Below are positions 9,280 through 19,043 of a stretch of 64,000 nt of DNA, in pieces; the first letter of the stretch is position 1, and the number at the start of each line of letters is the position of its first letter. This stretch comes from an uncultured Ignavibacteria bacterium (GTDB taxonomy: Bacteria; Zixibacteria; MSB-5A5; CAIYYT01). The translations under genes and the position numbers were made by a program. The stretch spans positions 393,761 to 457,760 of the forward strand of contig CAZFNN010000001.1 in the NCBI GenBank assembly GCA_964520555.1, in the 5' to 3' direction. The notes beneath the pieces are model-generated. The model saw nothing but the letters and a program-made list of their open reading frames with translations, had not been told where the DNA came from and did no database searches.

Positions 9280-9450
9280 AAAGTACCCCTCTCTTCAAGC
9301 CTCGCGGCTCGTTAGGATTAGTCTTATAATCATGATCGGCAGATGCTGCCGGCAAAATTAGATGCGCCCTACCCCGCTTTTTCCTGCCTCCCGGGCTCGA
9401 AGATCATGCCTCACCACCCCGTGGTTCATTTTGAACCGCGGCTGCTCGGC

Positions 9451-10152
9451 CTAATAACAGTCGTCACACGGGGCCGGACCGCCGGAGAAGATATAGTTGA
9501 TCAGGTACACGACGTCGCTGATATTGGTGTACCCGTTGCATCCCACGTCACCCACCAGCGGATCGGGATTCGGCGTCGGCCCGTTCGCAAAAATCCAGTT
9601 GATCAGATACACGCAATCCGAGATGTTGATGCGGTTGTCCGCGTTGACGTCGCCGACAAATTGGCACACCTTGACCCAGGCGTTCCCGGCCACGTAACTC
9701 AACGGCTGATTCAGTCCGTCGCGGGCCCGAATCGACTGCACCTGCAAATCACTCTCGCCGAAACCGATCGTGTAGAACACGATTTGCGCCAACTCGCCCC
9801 CACCGCTGACCGTGATGCCGTCGCCCAGGATCGCCCCATCGATGTAAAGCGTCGCCGAATCCGCAGCAAACGCCGTCCAGAAAAACGTCGGTTGTGACGC
9901 CGATGCCAGCAACCCCCCTTCCGCCACACTGATCGAGTCCGTCCGCACCACTGCCCGGTTGAATACGATCTCCACCGAAAAGGCCTTCAAATTCGTCGAG
10001 GTCGCGTCAACCTGCAAATCCACCGCGAACAACGAATCGCGAAAAATGGTGGTTGAATCCGGAACTAATTCCATGATCGGCGTCGCACTCGCCGCGGCCG
10101 CCGATATTATTAGCGTCAATATCAGAACGATTAGCTTCGTAGTCATGCTCAC
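9451..10152 (-). CDS. Secreted cohesin-like domain + double dockerin-repeat protein (paralog 1)
   Basis: Signal peptide MSMTTKLIVLILTLIISAAAASA. The C-terminus has two dockerin type-I-like Ca-binding repeats (GDVNADNRINISDCVYLINWIF…; GDVGCNGYTNISDVVYLINYIFSGGPAPCDDCY). The N-terminal beta domain is cohesin-like. RBS GGAGAAGGG. Confidence 0.55.
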   Translation of the reverse strand: MSMTTKLIVLILTLIISAAAASATPIMELVPDSTTIFRDSLFAVDLQVDATSTNLKAFSVEIVFNRAVVRTDSISVAEGGLLASASQPTFFWTAFAADSATLYIDGAILGDGITVSGGGELAQIVFYTIGFGESDLQVQSIRARDGLNQPLSYVAGNAWVKVCQFVGDVNADNRINISDCVYLINWIFANGPTPNPDPLVGDVGCNGYTNISDVVYLINYIFSGGPAPCDDCY

Positions 10153-10166
10153 TTGCCCTTCTCCTG

Positions 10167-10904
10167 CTAATCGCAGGGATTACACGGCGGTGGTCCACCG
10201 CCAAAGATGTAACTGATAATGTAGACCACGTCGGAAATACTGATCACATCGTTACAATCGGCGTCGCCGATCAGCTTGATCGGGTACGGCGGCGGACCGC
10301 CGCCGAAAATGTACGTGATCAGATAAACGCAGTCGGAGATGTTGACGATCCCGTTGAAGTCGGCATCACCAAAGAAGTAGTCCGTCGGACAGACAATCAC
10401 CATCCCGTTCAGCGAATCCGCTGCGACAATCGGCGCGTTGGCAACATCCAGCAACTGCACCCGCCGGTAAATCACGAAGCTGACGCCGTGCGCGCGCGCC
10501 ACGAAATTCATCTTCACCAGGTTGCCCGGTCCGTCGACGTTGGCCGTCGGCCCGAACAGCGACGCCAGCAGCTCATAAACGTACACCGAATCCGGCGGCG
10601 CAAACGACTGCACGGTGTCCTTCCAGAAGAAGAACGCGCCCGACGGGCCGCTGAAAAAACTCTCGCGCGTCGCCGACACCAACTGAATCACCGTCGTATC
10701 GACTTCCACGTCGAGCAGAAACGATTTGAGATCGCGAATCGTATCGACGTAGACGTACAAACTGAACGTGTCGTTGAGATTGACGATCTTCTCTTCCGGG
10801 AAGACATAGATGTGGCCGCTGCTGTCGTTCTGGCAAAAACAGGTCGCCCCCGCCGCCAGTAGAATTGCCAGTAGAATCAGAAGTCGCTTCGCGTCAATGG
10901 TCAT
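10167..10904 (-). CDS. Secreted cohesin-like domain + double dockerin-repeat protein (paralog 2)
   Basis: Signal peptide MTIDAKRLLILLAILLAAGATCFC. The C-terminus reads GDADFNGIVNISDCVYLITYIFGGGPPPY…GDADCNDVISISDVVYIISYIFGGGPPPCNPCD. Same architecture as the downstream gene, 14 nt apart. Confidence 0.55.
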   Translation of the reverse strand: MTIDAKRLLILLAILLAAGATCFCQNDSSGHIYVFPEEKIVNLNDTFSLYVYVDTIRDLKSFLLDVEVDTTVIQLVSATRESFFSGPSGAFFFWKDTVQSFAPPDSVYVYELLASLFGPTANVDGPGNLVKMNFVARAHGVSFVIYRRVQLLDVANAPIVAADSLNGMVIVCPTDYFFGDADFNGIVNISDCVYLITYIFGGGPPPYPIKLIGDADCNDVISISDVVYIISYIFGGGPPPCNPCD

Positions 10905-10961
10905 AATCGTGCTCCGCAGACGAACGGCCGGGCTGGCAACAGCCCGGCCGTGTCGATGGTT

Positions 10962-13900
10962 TTACTTCATCAGTGTCATCTTGACGGTCTTGGCAAAGCC
11001 GTCCGTCTCGAACCGATAGAAGTACACACCGGACGCGACGAGATTCCCGCTCTCATCGCGGCCGTTCCAAATCACTTCATGGTATCCCGCGGTCTGCGCG
11101 CCGTCAACCAGCGTCCGCACCGCCTGGCCCATCACGTTGTAAATCCGCACCGAAACCGCGCTCGCCTTTGGCAGCGAGTACGCAATCTTCGTGTCCGGAT
11201 TGAATGGGTTCGGTGAGTTCTGGTAGACGACACAGGTGCCTGCCGCCGCCTCTTCCGTGATGCTCACCGACTCGTCGTTCGGAAGCACCGCCGGCAACAG
11301 CGAACGGTTCTCGTTGTCGCGGATTTCCTGCCGCGTCATCGTTACCTTGGCCGTCTGCGCCGTGCGCTGCTGGAACTGCAGCGTCGCGATCACACCCGAG
11401 CCCCGGAAGGTCACACCGTTGCCCAGCGCCGCCACGGAAACCGAAACACCGCCCTCAATATCCACCGTCTTGAAAAACACCGGCTGGCCGGCTGCGGCAA
11501 TAGCACCGGCCGGCTGTACACCCACCAATGCCAGATTAACCCGATCGAAGTCGATTTCCGCTAACAGCGACTTGGCGTCGTTGTTGCCGTTGGCCAGGAC
11601 GAGGTCAACCCAGTAGCCGTCCGCGGTAACCCGCGATTCCAGTGTCAGCCCTGTGTATGGCAGCGGCGCCACACCGGTCAACTGCGGCGATGACTTCGCC
11701 GCCATCGGCAGTACGTCGTCAAAGTTGATCGCGAAGATCGCCAGGTCTTCAAATTCCACCTTGTCATCTGGCAACGGGATCCCCTTCGGGCTGTTGTTGT
11801 GCGTCGGGCCAAAGTCGGCGTGGTTGATGTAGCCGCCTTCACCTTCGTCCAAGCCGTACGTCGATGAGAAGTGTACCAAATCGCCGAAATACACCAGTCC
11901 ATCGAATGCACCCAACGTCACTGCCTCGTTGGCCAGATCACCCAGCCAGTACGAGGTCGAGCGCGCTTGTGCTGACGGCGCCGCCACCGAGTAATTGCCC
12001 GCGGCATCATAGGCGAACGCCCCGAAGTAATAGATGTCGCGCGTCGCATTGCTCAGACCCATGACATCCGTATGGCTGCCCGGCGTGCTCGGAGTCGCGC
12101 CCACGCTCAGAATCGTCGTGCCGGTCAATTGATCGGCCGGGTAGGCCGGTGCCGCCGTCGGCGTCGGCATACTGCCGTAGTCCGGATAATCCGTCCACGG
12201 TACCCGCTGAATCTGTACGCCAATCGCATCCGGTGAACTCGAATTGATCCAGGTCAACTGTACCTTGTTGTGACCCGGCTGTGCCACCAGGTTGATGGGC
12301 GGCGTCGGCGCCGTCACGTCCTTGGTGAAACACCAAGTATAGCTGCACGAATCGGCATTGGCGCGGCCGAAATCGTCGGTCACTTTGAAGCGAATGCAGT
12401 GATTCGCCTCCGTCAGCGCCGCAAATTCCGCGCCCGACAGCGACCAGGTCGGATTGTTGTAGACCGTGCCGCTCACACCGGTGGCAATTGCCAGCCAGCC
12501 GCCCGGCGTGCAACCGTCCACCTGATAGTACAGCGCATCCAGGTCGCAGTCGTCGGTGGCCGTCAGACTCAGCACCGGCGCGGTATTATAGAACCCGCCC
12601 GCTGCCGGTGAATTGACTACAACGTCCGGATCGGCACAGTTCGACTGGAAGTCAATTGCCGTCGCCGGCGGCACAATAATCTGCGAGTTCGTGCTGTCGC
12701 GTAGATCGCGATAGATCATTGTGATGTCGCCCGCCAGACACGAGACACTCCCGTTCATCGCCACCGTGAAAAGTGTCGCCGGGCCGTCTTCCACTCCTGT
12801 GAGAACGCCCAGATTCACCTGCAGCGTATCTCGCGTGTTCAACACGTTCGTCGACTGCATGTGCGCGACGAAATAGTTGCCGCTCGCCCCGGTCACGTTC
12901 GTTACCGTCAGCTCCGCCGGGTACTCCAGCCAGATATTGGCGGCATCCAACGCCGTCACGGCACTGCCGATACCGACGTCAAACGTGAAATCGCCCGAGC
13001 AATCGTACACGATGCTGTTCGGCGTCATGTCCAGACCGCAGTCCGCTACCGGATTGGCATCAGTGTTGCCACCGCCGCCGCCGATCGCATACGGCCCGAC
13101 TCCCGACCAGTCGTGCCAGCAATTCTGATTGTAGGTATTGCCCGCCAGATCGTCCGTGGCATTCGTCGTGTTCTGGAACGTGTTGAACTGAACATCGACA
13201 GTACCGCCGTAGTTCTCGAAGCCCACATTGTTGTACAGGAATTCGCTGTTCGTGAACACGGCCGTCACCGGCGATGGACCAGCGTATACGCCGGCGCCCC
13301 ACTCGAAGTCTGTCAGGCGGTTGTTGTCCGCCGAAAACTGCAGATCTCCCGCCGTGTACGAGTACGCCACGATTCCTTGCGACGACGTACCGCCGCCGCC
13401 ATCCATGATGTTGTCGTCAGCCGTGATCACCAGCGCGTTCGGTGCCAGCACCTGTCGCTCCAGATCCGTCTTGATCCCCGCGATCAAGTCCGCGTCAAAC
13501 GGCTCTGCCTGGCGTTGCCGCCCCTTCGCCGCGACCTGCGACAGCGCATAGAGACCGTAATAGTCTTCCTGACCGGTGCCCGCCGGCGTAGCAGTATACG
13601 TATTGCCGGAGAAGCTGCCAGCGGCGTCGATGAAGTAGGCGCCGACTTGACACTCGACAAAATCGTTATTATCAACCGTCACCGTTCCTGGACCATACAG
13701 CAACAACCCTGCCGCGATCCAGGCGTCCGGAACATACGAGATGTTGCTGATCGTATTCCCGGTGGCCGAACCGCCGGCAAGTGCGCTGAACTGGAACCCG
13801 TTCTGTGCCGGCCAACCCAGTTGCATCGGACCACCGCCGGTAACGGTGCATCCCGTCGCCGATGCCGTCAGATCAGCCCCGATGAATACGATTCCCAGCT

Positions 13901-16580
13901 TCTGGAATCCGCTCACGATGCAGTCGACAAGATTGAGGGTTCGAGCCACGGCATCATTGATGTACGCGTACACGCCCAGGCCATGCTGACCGCCGTCCAG
14001 CGGCGTGTTGCGGCAGTCCTTGATTTCGACATCAGTTAGACTGCCGCCGGCGTTGAAGTAGGCTGCACCCATAAATCGATTGTTGGTGTTGCCGAGTCCA
14101 AGACCGTCGATCGTCATATCGGAAATGTCAACGCCGGTCGAACTCTCAACCGACACCACTGCGAAGTTGCTGTTGGCTCCGGTGACGAACGAATGCGGCA
14201 TCGACGCCGTCGCCTGAATCGTGCTCACGCCGATCCCCGCGCCGATCAGATCAAGATCGGTGAAACCGGAGATCACGACTTGCCCCGGGTAGGTCCCCGG
14301 CGCCAGGTTGATCGTGCTCCCCGACACCAGATTGACGGCTTCCTGTACCCGATTCACCGAACCGGTCTGCGGCGAATCGTCGTCAGCCCACAGCGTCGAG
14401 AAGTCGCCGGTGAATCCCGGCGCGGTCGCCGTGCCGCCACCCAGCCACGGCGTGTAATCGGCCACCGCGTAGATCGGTGTCGCGACCGCCGTCGGATCGG
14501 TCACCCCCCACCAGTTGCCGGAGAAATTCAAACTGAACGTCCCCGCGCCCATGGTGCCCGTCGCAGCATAGACACTGGAATTCGGATTGTTCCGGATTTC
14601 ATTGTCGAAAACCGTCAGATCGTTCGTGAAGCCCGCCTCGGCCACGACGTAGAACGCATCCGTATTATTCGTGATCGAGTTATTCTGCATCAGCACGGTA
14701 ACGTTGCCGGACGTGTAACCCCAGATTTCGGTCGTTATATACACGCCGGTGCTGTTGGTCTTGTTCTGACCGTCAACCGTGTTGTTTAGAAACTGCGGTG
14801 TTACGGCCGAGTACGAACCGGCTGCCGTCAAGCCCACGTCCACATTGGTGATCGTGTTGTTCTGAACGACCGGCACGATGTACGGCACGAACGTAAAGAT
14901 GCCATAGCCGTAGAGCGCGCTGTTGGAGATCTGGTTGCCGTCGATTAAGTCGGCCACACCGCCGCCACTGCCGGCATTGTCGGTATGAACACCGCTGCCG
15001 CACGCCGTGACAATGTTGTTCAGGAATTGGCAGCCCTTCGAATGATTGGACGAGACTGCATCGTTGCAGTTCGACACGGTGTTATTAGCGAAAATCCCTG
15101 ATCCCCCGAAATTGAACATGCCGATCGACCCGTATTCGCCATAGACGTTGTCCACCGTGTTGTGATGGAAATTGAACGTTCCGCCCGACGAGGCATAGAT
15201 CCCGCGCAGGTAGATGTTCTTCACCGTGCAATTGTGAATCAGGAGCCCATTATAAACGCCACTGGGATGATCGGTGATAATTCCGTTTCGCGCATCCAGA
15301 TCGGCGCCGCCGACTACCAGTCCGCTGGTCAAGGCCGGATTATCGCCGTCCAGCGTCATTCCCGAGAGTTCGACATCGTCTGCCGCGATCAGCATCATGT
15401 TGCTCGATCCCGGCGGCATCGATCCAGCACCACCCGGATTCGGTGCCGATAATGCCGGATACACCGTCACCATTGCTTCCCCGGCACCACTGACGTGCAC
15501 CGAGTTGCCGACAACGATATTCTCGACATAACTGCCGGCAAGAACATTAACCACACCGCCGGCTACACTGCCGTTGACACCCTGTTGGAGATTGTCGAAG
15601 GCATCCTCACCATAGATGTGCCCGCCGACGATATCGCCATTGTCCGAACCGGCCCAGTCGTCATCCACCCAAACCGGGCTGGCTCCCACCAGGTTGAGAT
15701 CCGGCGTGTCGAGGTAACTCGCGTCAATCTCCGTGCCGCCCGTGATACCCGCTGTCGAGTAGGTATATCCTCGCCCGCTCGTCAGTGGGCTCACCAGCGT
15801 GGCGCCCTGGTACACCCGCACCTGGCGCGTCAACCGGAACTTGTCTCCGATTACCGTCGTGAGATCGTCATTGTTCAACGCCAGATTGTACTCGCCCGAC
15901 CCGATCACCATCGTGTAGCCACCAAGACCATCCGCTTCGAAGTAGATCAGCCAGTTGTTGATCGTTGCGGTCGAGTTGTGCGTGTAGGGATTAATCAGCA
16001 CCCAGTATGGCGCTTGATCCCAATACGAATAATATCCGGTACCATCGTCATAGAAGTAGTCGTTGTCGACATACACGATGTCACCCGCCTGGAGACCGGT
16101 GACTACGGTCTGGATGTAGATACATCCACCGCGGTCGGTAACATAGGTCGAGTGATTGTCAAACGATATGATACAAGCCTCGAGGCCCTTGTATTCGGTA
16201 TCCGATGTGTAGCCCCCCGCCGCGATCGATGCCGCCTCGGCTTTGAAAGCCGTTACTGCCGCCGCATCGACCTTGGCATACGGCGCCCCGCCAAACTCGC
16301 CATGATTGATGACGGTTGCTGCCGCCGTCGCCGGTCGTAGCTGCTTCGTCGGCATCGTCGGAACGTTGGCCGGGATTCCCGGTCCATCATCGGCCACTCC
16401 GGCCGCGGCCGCCTGCAACTTCAGTGTTGCCGTGGAAATCACCGCCTTGCCGGAAAGTTGACCGGCTGGCTCCGTCTGGTTCACTGGCGGCTTCACCGGC
16501 GCCGCTGCCATGACCACCGTCAACGACAGAAGCAGCACGACAGCCACCAAAAACGTTTTTGCGATAGTGCTTTGTAACAT
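10962..16580 (-). CDS. Giant (1872 aa) secreted right-handed beta-helix / adhesin-like protein with Fn3-like domain and T9SS C-terminal sorting domain
   Basis: Signal peptide. Many NNT-I-T-N / NNS-I-T-N beta-helix rungs and an Fn3-like segment (PTPPINLVAQPGHNKVQLTWIN…). The C-terminus (YQNSPNPFNPDTKIAYSLPKASAVSVRIYNVMGQAVRTLVDG…GVYFYRFETDGFAKTVKMTLMK) matches the T9SS CTD (Por_Secre_tail). A GGAGGG RBS precedes the ATG at 16580. Confidence 0.7.
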   Translation of the reverse strand: MLQSTIAKTFLVAVVLLLSLTVVMAAAPVKPPVNQTEPAGQLSGKAVISTATLKLQAAAAGVADDGPGIPANVPTMPTKQLRPATAAATVINHGEFGGAPYAKVDAAAVTAFKAEAASIAAGGYTSDTEYKGLEACIISFDNHSTYVTDRGGCIYIQTVVTGLQAGDIVYVDNDYFYDDGTGYYSYWDQAPYWVLINPYTHNSTATINNWLIYFEADGLGGYTMVIGSGEYNLALNNDDLTTVIGDKFRLTRQVRVYQGATLVSPLTSGRGYTYSTAGITGGTEIDASYLDTPDLNLVGASPVWVDDDWAGSDNGDIVGGHIYGEDAFDNLQQGVNGSVAGGVVNVLAGSYVENIVVGNSVHVSGAGEAMVTVYPALSAPNPGGAGSMPPGSSNMMLIAADDVELSGMTLDGDNPALTSGLVVGGADLDARNGIITDHPSGVYNGLLIHNCTVKNIYLRGIYASSGGTFNFHHNTVDNVYGEYGSIGMFNFGGSGIFANNTVSNCNDAVSSNHSKGCQFLNNIVTACGSGVHTDNAGSGGGVADLIDGNQISNSALYGYGIFTFVPYIVPVVQNNTITNVDVGLTAAGSYSAVTPQFLNNTVDGQNKTNSTGVYITTEIWGYTSGNVTVLMQNNSITNNTDAFYVVAEAGFTNDLTVFDNEIRNNPNSSVYAATGTMGAGTFSLNFSGNWWGVTDPTAVATPIYAVADYTPWLGGGTATAPGFTGDFSTLWADDDSPQTGSVNRVQEAVNLVSGSTINLAPGTYPGQVVISGFTDLDLIGAGIGVSTIQATASMPHSFVTGANSNFAVVSVESSTGVDISDMTIDGLGLGNTNNRFMGAAYFNAGGSLTDVEIKDCRNTPLDGGQHGLGVYAYINDAVARTLNLVDCIVSGFQKLGIVFIGADLTASATGCTVTGGGPMQLGWPAQNGFQFSALAGGSATGNTISNISYVPDAWIAAGLLLYGPGTVTVDNNDFVECQVGAYFIDAAGSFSGNTYTATPAGTGQEDYYGLYALSQVAAKGRQRQAEPFDADLIAGIKTDLERQVLAPNALVITADDNIMDGGGGTSSQGIVAYSYTAGDLQFSADNNRLTDFEWGAGVYAGPSPVTAVFTNSEFLYNNVGFENYGGTVDVQFNTFQNTTNATDDLAGNTYNQNCWHDWSGVGPYAIGGGGGNTDANPVADCGLDMTPNSIVYDCSGDFTFDVGIGSAVTALDAANIWLEYPAELTVTNVTGASGNYFVAHMQSTNVLNTRDTLQVNLGVLTGVEDGPATLFTVAMNGSVSCLAGDITMIYRDLRDSTNSQIIVPPATAIDFQSNCADPDVVVNSPAAGGFYNTAPVLSLTATDDCDLDALYYQVDGCTPGGWLAIATGVSGTVYNNPTWSLSGAEFAALTEANHCIRFKVTDDFGRANADSCSYTWCFTKDVTAPTPPINLVAQPGHNKVQLTWINSSSPDAIGVQIQRVPWTDYPDYGSMPTPTAAPAYPADQLTGTTILSVGATPSTPGSHTDVMGLSNATRDIYYFGAFAYDAAGNYSVAAPSAQARSTSYWLGDLANEAVTLGAFDGLVYFGDLVHFSSTYGLDEGEGGYINHADFGPTHNNSPKGIPLPDDKVEFEDLAIFAINFDDVLPMAAKSSPQLTGVAPLPYTGLTLESRVTADGYWVDLVLANGNNDAKSLLAEIDFDRVNLALVGVQPAGAIAAAGQPVFFKTVDIEGGVSVSVAALGNGVTFRGSGVIATLQFQQRTAQTAKVTMTRQEIRDNENRSLLPAVLPNDESVSITEEAAAGTCVVYQNSPNPFNPDTKIAYSLPKASAVSVRIYNVMGQAVRTLVDGAQTAGYHEVIWNGRDESGNLVASGVYFYRFETDGFAKTVKMTLMK

Positions 16581-17191
16581 TGATTAACCCTCCCTGAATC
16601 TTGCGCTTGGCCCGATTACTTGCTGTTCGTCCGGAAGTCGCCCGCCGAAGCGAACTGCCTCAGGCAACCACGTGGTCTTCGGTCAACTCATCACGGCACC
16701 CTCGTGCCGCGAATAGCTGCGCGCGAAGTCGGAAAAGTTCTTGCTGACTCCGCCCGCCCTTCTCTGTGCCCGCGATCACCTCCCGTCTGAATTCTGCAAA
16801 AGCCTAATTCGGCTCGCGACCTGAACTTCACAAGTTGTGCAAATGTCAGCGTCTAACGTCCTAATGTCTCTTCGGAAGCTGGAGATTCACGAAAGGATTC
16901 GCCCCGGTACCTTCGCTGCAATGCCTGACCTTCCGCTATTTGAATACCTGTAGACAATCGAACATCGCCAAAATGATCGATTACGTCAACCCTTGAAACT
17001 GCGAGTAAATTGCGAACATAATGCGTATGGGAACGTCGCAGTCAGCCGGACATCACTATCTATCTATTTGGCAACTACTTGCCCGCCAATCTGCCTGTCG
17101 ACCGCCCCTTGACTCGCAGCGCCAAATACGTACTGCCGGCACCTGTCGGCGCGACCGGTTTGCCCCGAGTGCGTTGATTCGCTTACCGAGA

Positions 17192-17908
17192 CTAAATGGA
17201 GAATCCGCCCAACCTTAGTGGATCATCTACTTCGACCAGCTCCCGCTGAACATACCCCTCGGCATATCCGACTCGAATCCGCATCCCCAGCGCCCGATCG
17301 CGCACCCGCACCAGCTCGAAGACATCCGTGCCGGGAGAGAATACCTTGTTCGCTGTGTCGTTCTCTACAAACTGCGACTTGTAGCACCGAATCGACTCCA
17401 GCTTGCGGTCCAACTGCTGCGTTGTTTCCACCGCGAAGGTCGGTTCAGCGAAGCCGTAGTATATCGAATAAAGGATTTTGCGCGGCCGATGTGGCTGCCC
17501 CGTCAACTTGGCCTTCTTGAGCCCGGCGTAGAAACACGCATCGAACCCCAGTTCGGAGGCAACTCGATGATCGGGATGCCGCTGCTGCCAATGCGGTAGA
17601 ATCACCAGTTGCGGTCGCAAATCACGGATTTTCTGCGCCAGCCGTGCCCGAAATTCCAGAGTATTCTGCAGATAAGCGTCCGGCAACTCCAGGTTCTCGC
17701 GCACTGCGACTCCAAGCACTTTGGCTGCCGCCGTCGCCTCTGCCGTCCGCGCCGCCGCATCTCCCTGCGATCCCATCTCGCCCGCCGTAAGATCCAGCAT
17801 CGCCACCGAATGCCCCAAGTCAATCAACTTCGCGATCAGACCACCCGACGTAATTTCCAAATCGTCCCGGTGGGCGGCAATCGCCAGACAGTCAACCGTT
17901 GCGCTCAT
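17192..17908 (-). CDS. bshB: PIG-L/LmbE family N-acetylglucosaminyl deacetylase (BshB1-like)
   Basis: 238 aa with the …AIAAHRDDLEITSGG… LmbE motif. It is immediately followed by bshA and bshC homologues. Confidence 0.7.
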   Translation of the reverse strand: MSATVDCLAIAAHRDDLEITSGGLIAKLIDLGHSVAMLDLTAGEMGSQGDAAARTAEATAAAKVLGVAVRENLELPDAYLQNTLEFRARLAQKIRDLRPQLVILPHWQQRHPDHRVASELGFDACFYAGLKKAKLTGQPHRPRKILYSIYYGFAEPTFAVETTQQLDRKLESIRCYKSQFVENDTANKVFSPGTDVFELVRVRDRALGMRIRVGYAEGYVQRELVEVDDPLRLGGFSI

Positions 17909-19034
17909 TTCCCGTTCCCGCTATCACTCGTAAGTAGTAGTCTTCGTACTTCGGCACCAACAACTCCGACGAAAACCGCTCAATCGCCGTCGCGCGCGCC
18001 GCCTGCTTCATCTTGCGCAACTTGCCCTCGTCGGTCAACAAAGCGATTGTCGCCTCGACCAGACGATGTACATTGCCGACCGGGGTCAGATAGCCGTCCC
18101 GCCCGTCGGTCACCAATTCCGGCAAGCCGCCGGTGTCGCTGGCAATCACCGGCACACCGCACGACATCGCTTCCAGCGCCGCCAATCCGAACGACTCGGT
18201 CTGCGACGGCAGCAAAAACACATCCGCCACCGGCAGAATCGTCGCGATCGAATCCTGATTCCCCAGCAGCATCACGTCATCCGTCAGGCCATACTGCGAA
18301 ATCAAATGCTCCGCCAGACTCATCTCCGGACCGTCCCCGACCAGAATCAATTTGCACTTCATCTGCGCCCGCGTCAGCCGAAACGTCTCGATCACATCGG
18401 GAATCCGCTTGACCGGACGAAAATTCGAGGCGTGCATGATGATCTTCTCGTCATCGGCCGCGAACGTCCGTCGCGAACAATGGCGAATCTCCGGCTTGAA
18501 TAGCTCCGTATCGACGAAATTCGGTATCACTTCGATATGACTCTTGAGGCCGAACATCTCCAGCGTCTGCGTGCGAATTGCCTGCGAGACGGCAGTAATG
18601 CCGTCCGATACCTGCACCGAGAATTTGGTGATCTCGAAGAACGAGCGCTCGCTGCCCACCAAAGTCACATCCGTGCCGTGCAGCGTCGTCACCACCTTGA
18701 TCTTGCAGTCCCCCGCAATCTGCTTGGCCAAAAACGCCGCCGTTGCATGCGGGATGGCATAATGAACGTGCAACAAATCGAGCTTCCAGCGGCAGACCAC
18801 GTCCGCCATCTTCGCCGCCAACGACAACGTGTACGGCGGATACTTGAAGAGCGGATAGCTCGAAACATCAACTTGGTGGAAATAGACGTTCTCGCGGAAC
18901 TGATCCAGCCGGAACGGCAACTGGTACGATATGAAATGTACCTGGTGCCCCTTCGCCGCCAGCGACATCCCCAGTTCAGTCGCGACAATGCCCGAACCGC
19001 CGACTACCGGATAACACGTAATGCCGATCTTCAC
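17892..19034 (-). CDS. bshA: N-acetyl-alpha-D-glucosaminyl L-malate synthase BshA (GT4 glycosyltransferase)
   Basis: N-terminus MKIGITCYPVVGGSGIVATELGMSLAAKGHQVHFIS is characteristic of BshA. 380 aa. Confidence 0.75.
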   Translation of the reverse strand: MKIGITCYPVVGGSGIVATELGMSLAAKGHQVHFISYQLPFRLDQFRENVYFHQVDVSSYPLFKYPPYTLSLAAKMADVVCRWKLDLLHVHYAIPHATAAFLAKQIAGDCKIKVVTTLHGTDVTLVGSERSFFEITKFSVQVSDGITAVSQAIRTQTLEMFGLKSHIEVIPNFVDTELFKPEIRHCSRRTFAADDEKIIMHASNFRPVKRIPDVIETFRLTRAQMKCKLILVGDGPEMSLAEHLISQYGLTDDVMLLGNQDSIATILPVADVFLLPSQTESFGLAALEAMSCGVPVIASDTGGLPELVTDGRDGYLTPVGNVHRLVEATIALLTDEGKLRKMKQAARATAIERFSSELLVPKYEDYYLRVIAGTGNERNG

Positions 19035-19043
19035 GTCCGCTCG

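Noticed and set aside
9400-9450. Near-perfect inverted repeat CCGTGGTTCA-tt-TGAACCGCGG downstream of the cohesin-dockerin paralog 1 stop
   Set aside because: One mismatch, no following U-tract, and short. It may be a weak terminator, but I found it too weak to list as a feature.
12861-14039. 392-aa plus-strand ORF, and several others of 80-280 aa (e.g. 14193..14789, 15495..16340), inside the giant minus-strand gene
   Set aside because: Arg/Pro/His/Gly-rich, low-complexity translations typical of antisense frames in GC-rich coding DNA. The minus-strand frame has coherent domain structure (beta-helix rungs, CTD).
17055-17080. Sigma-54-like sequence TGGCAACTACTTGCC in the long leader upstream of the giant gene
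   Set aside because: The GG-to-GC spacing is one nucleotide shorter than the strict -24/-12 consensus, and it points away from the nearest downstream gene (antisense to bshB).
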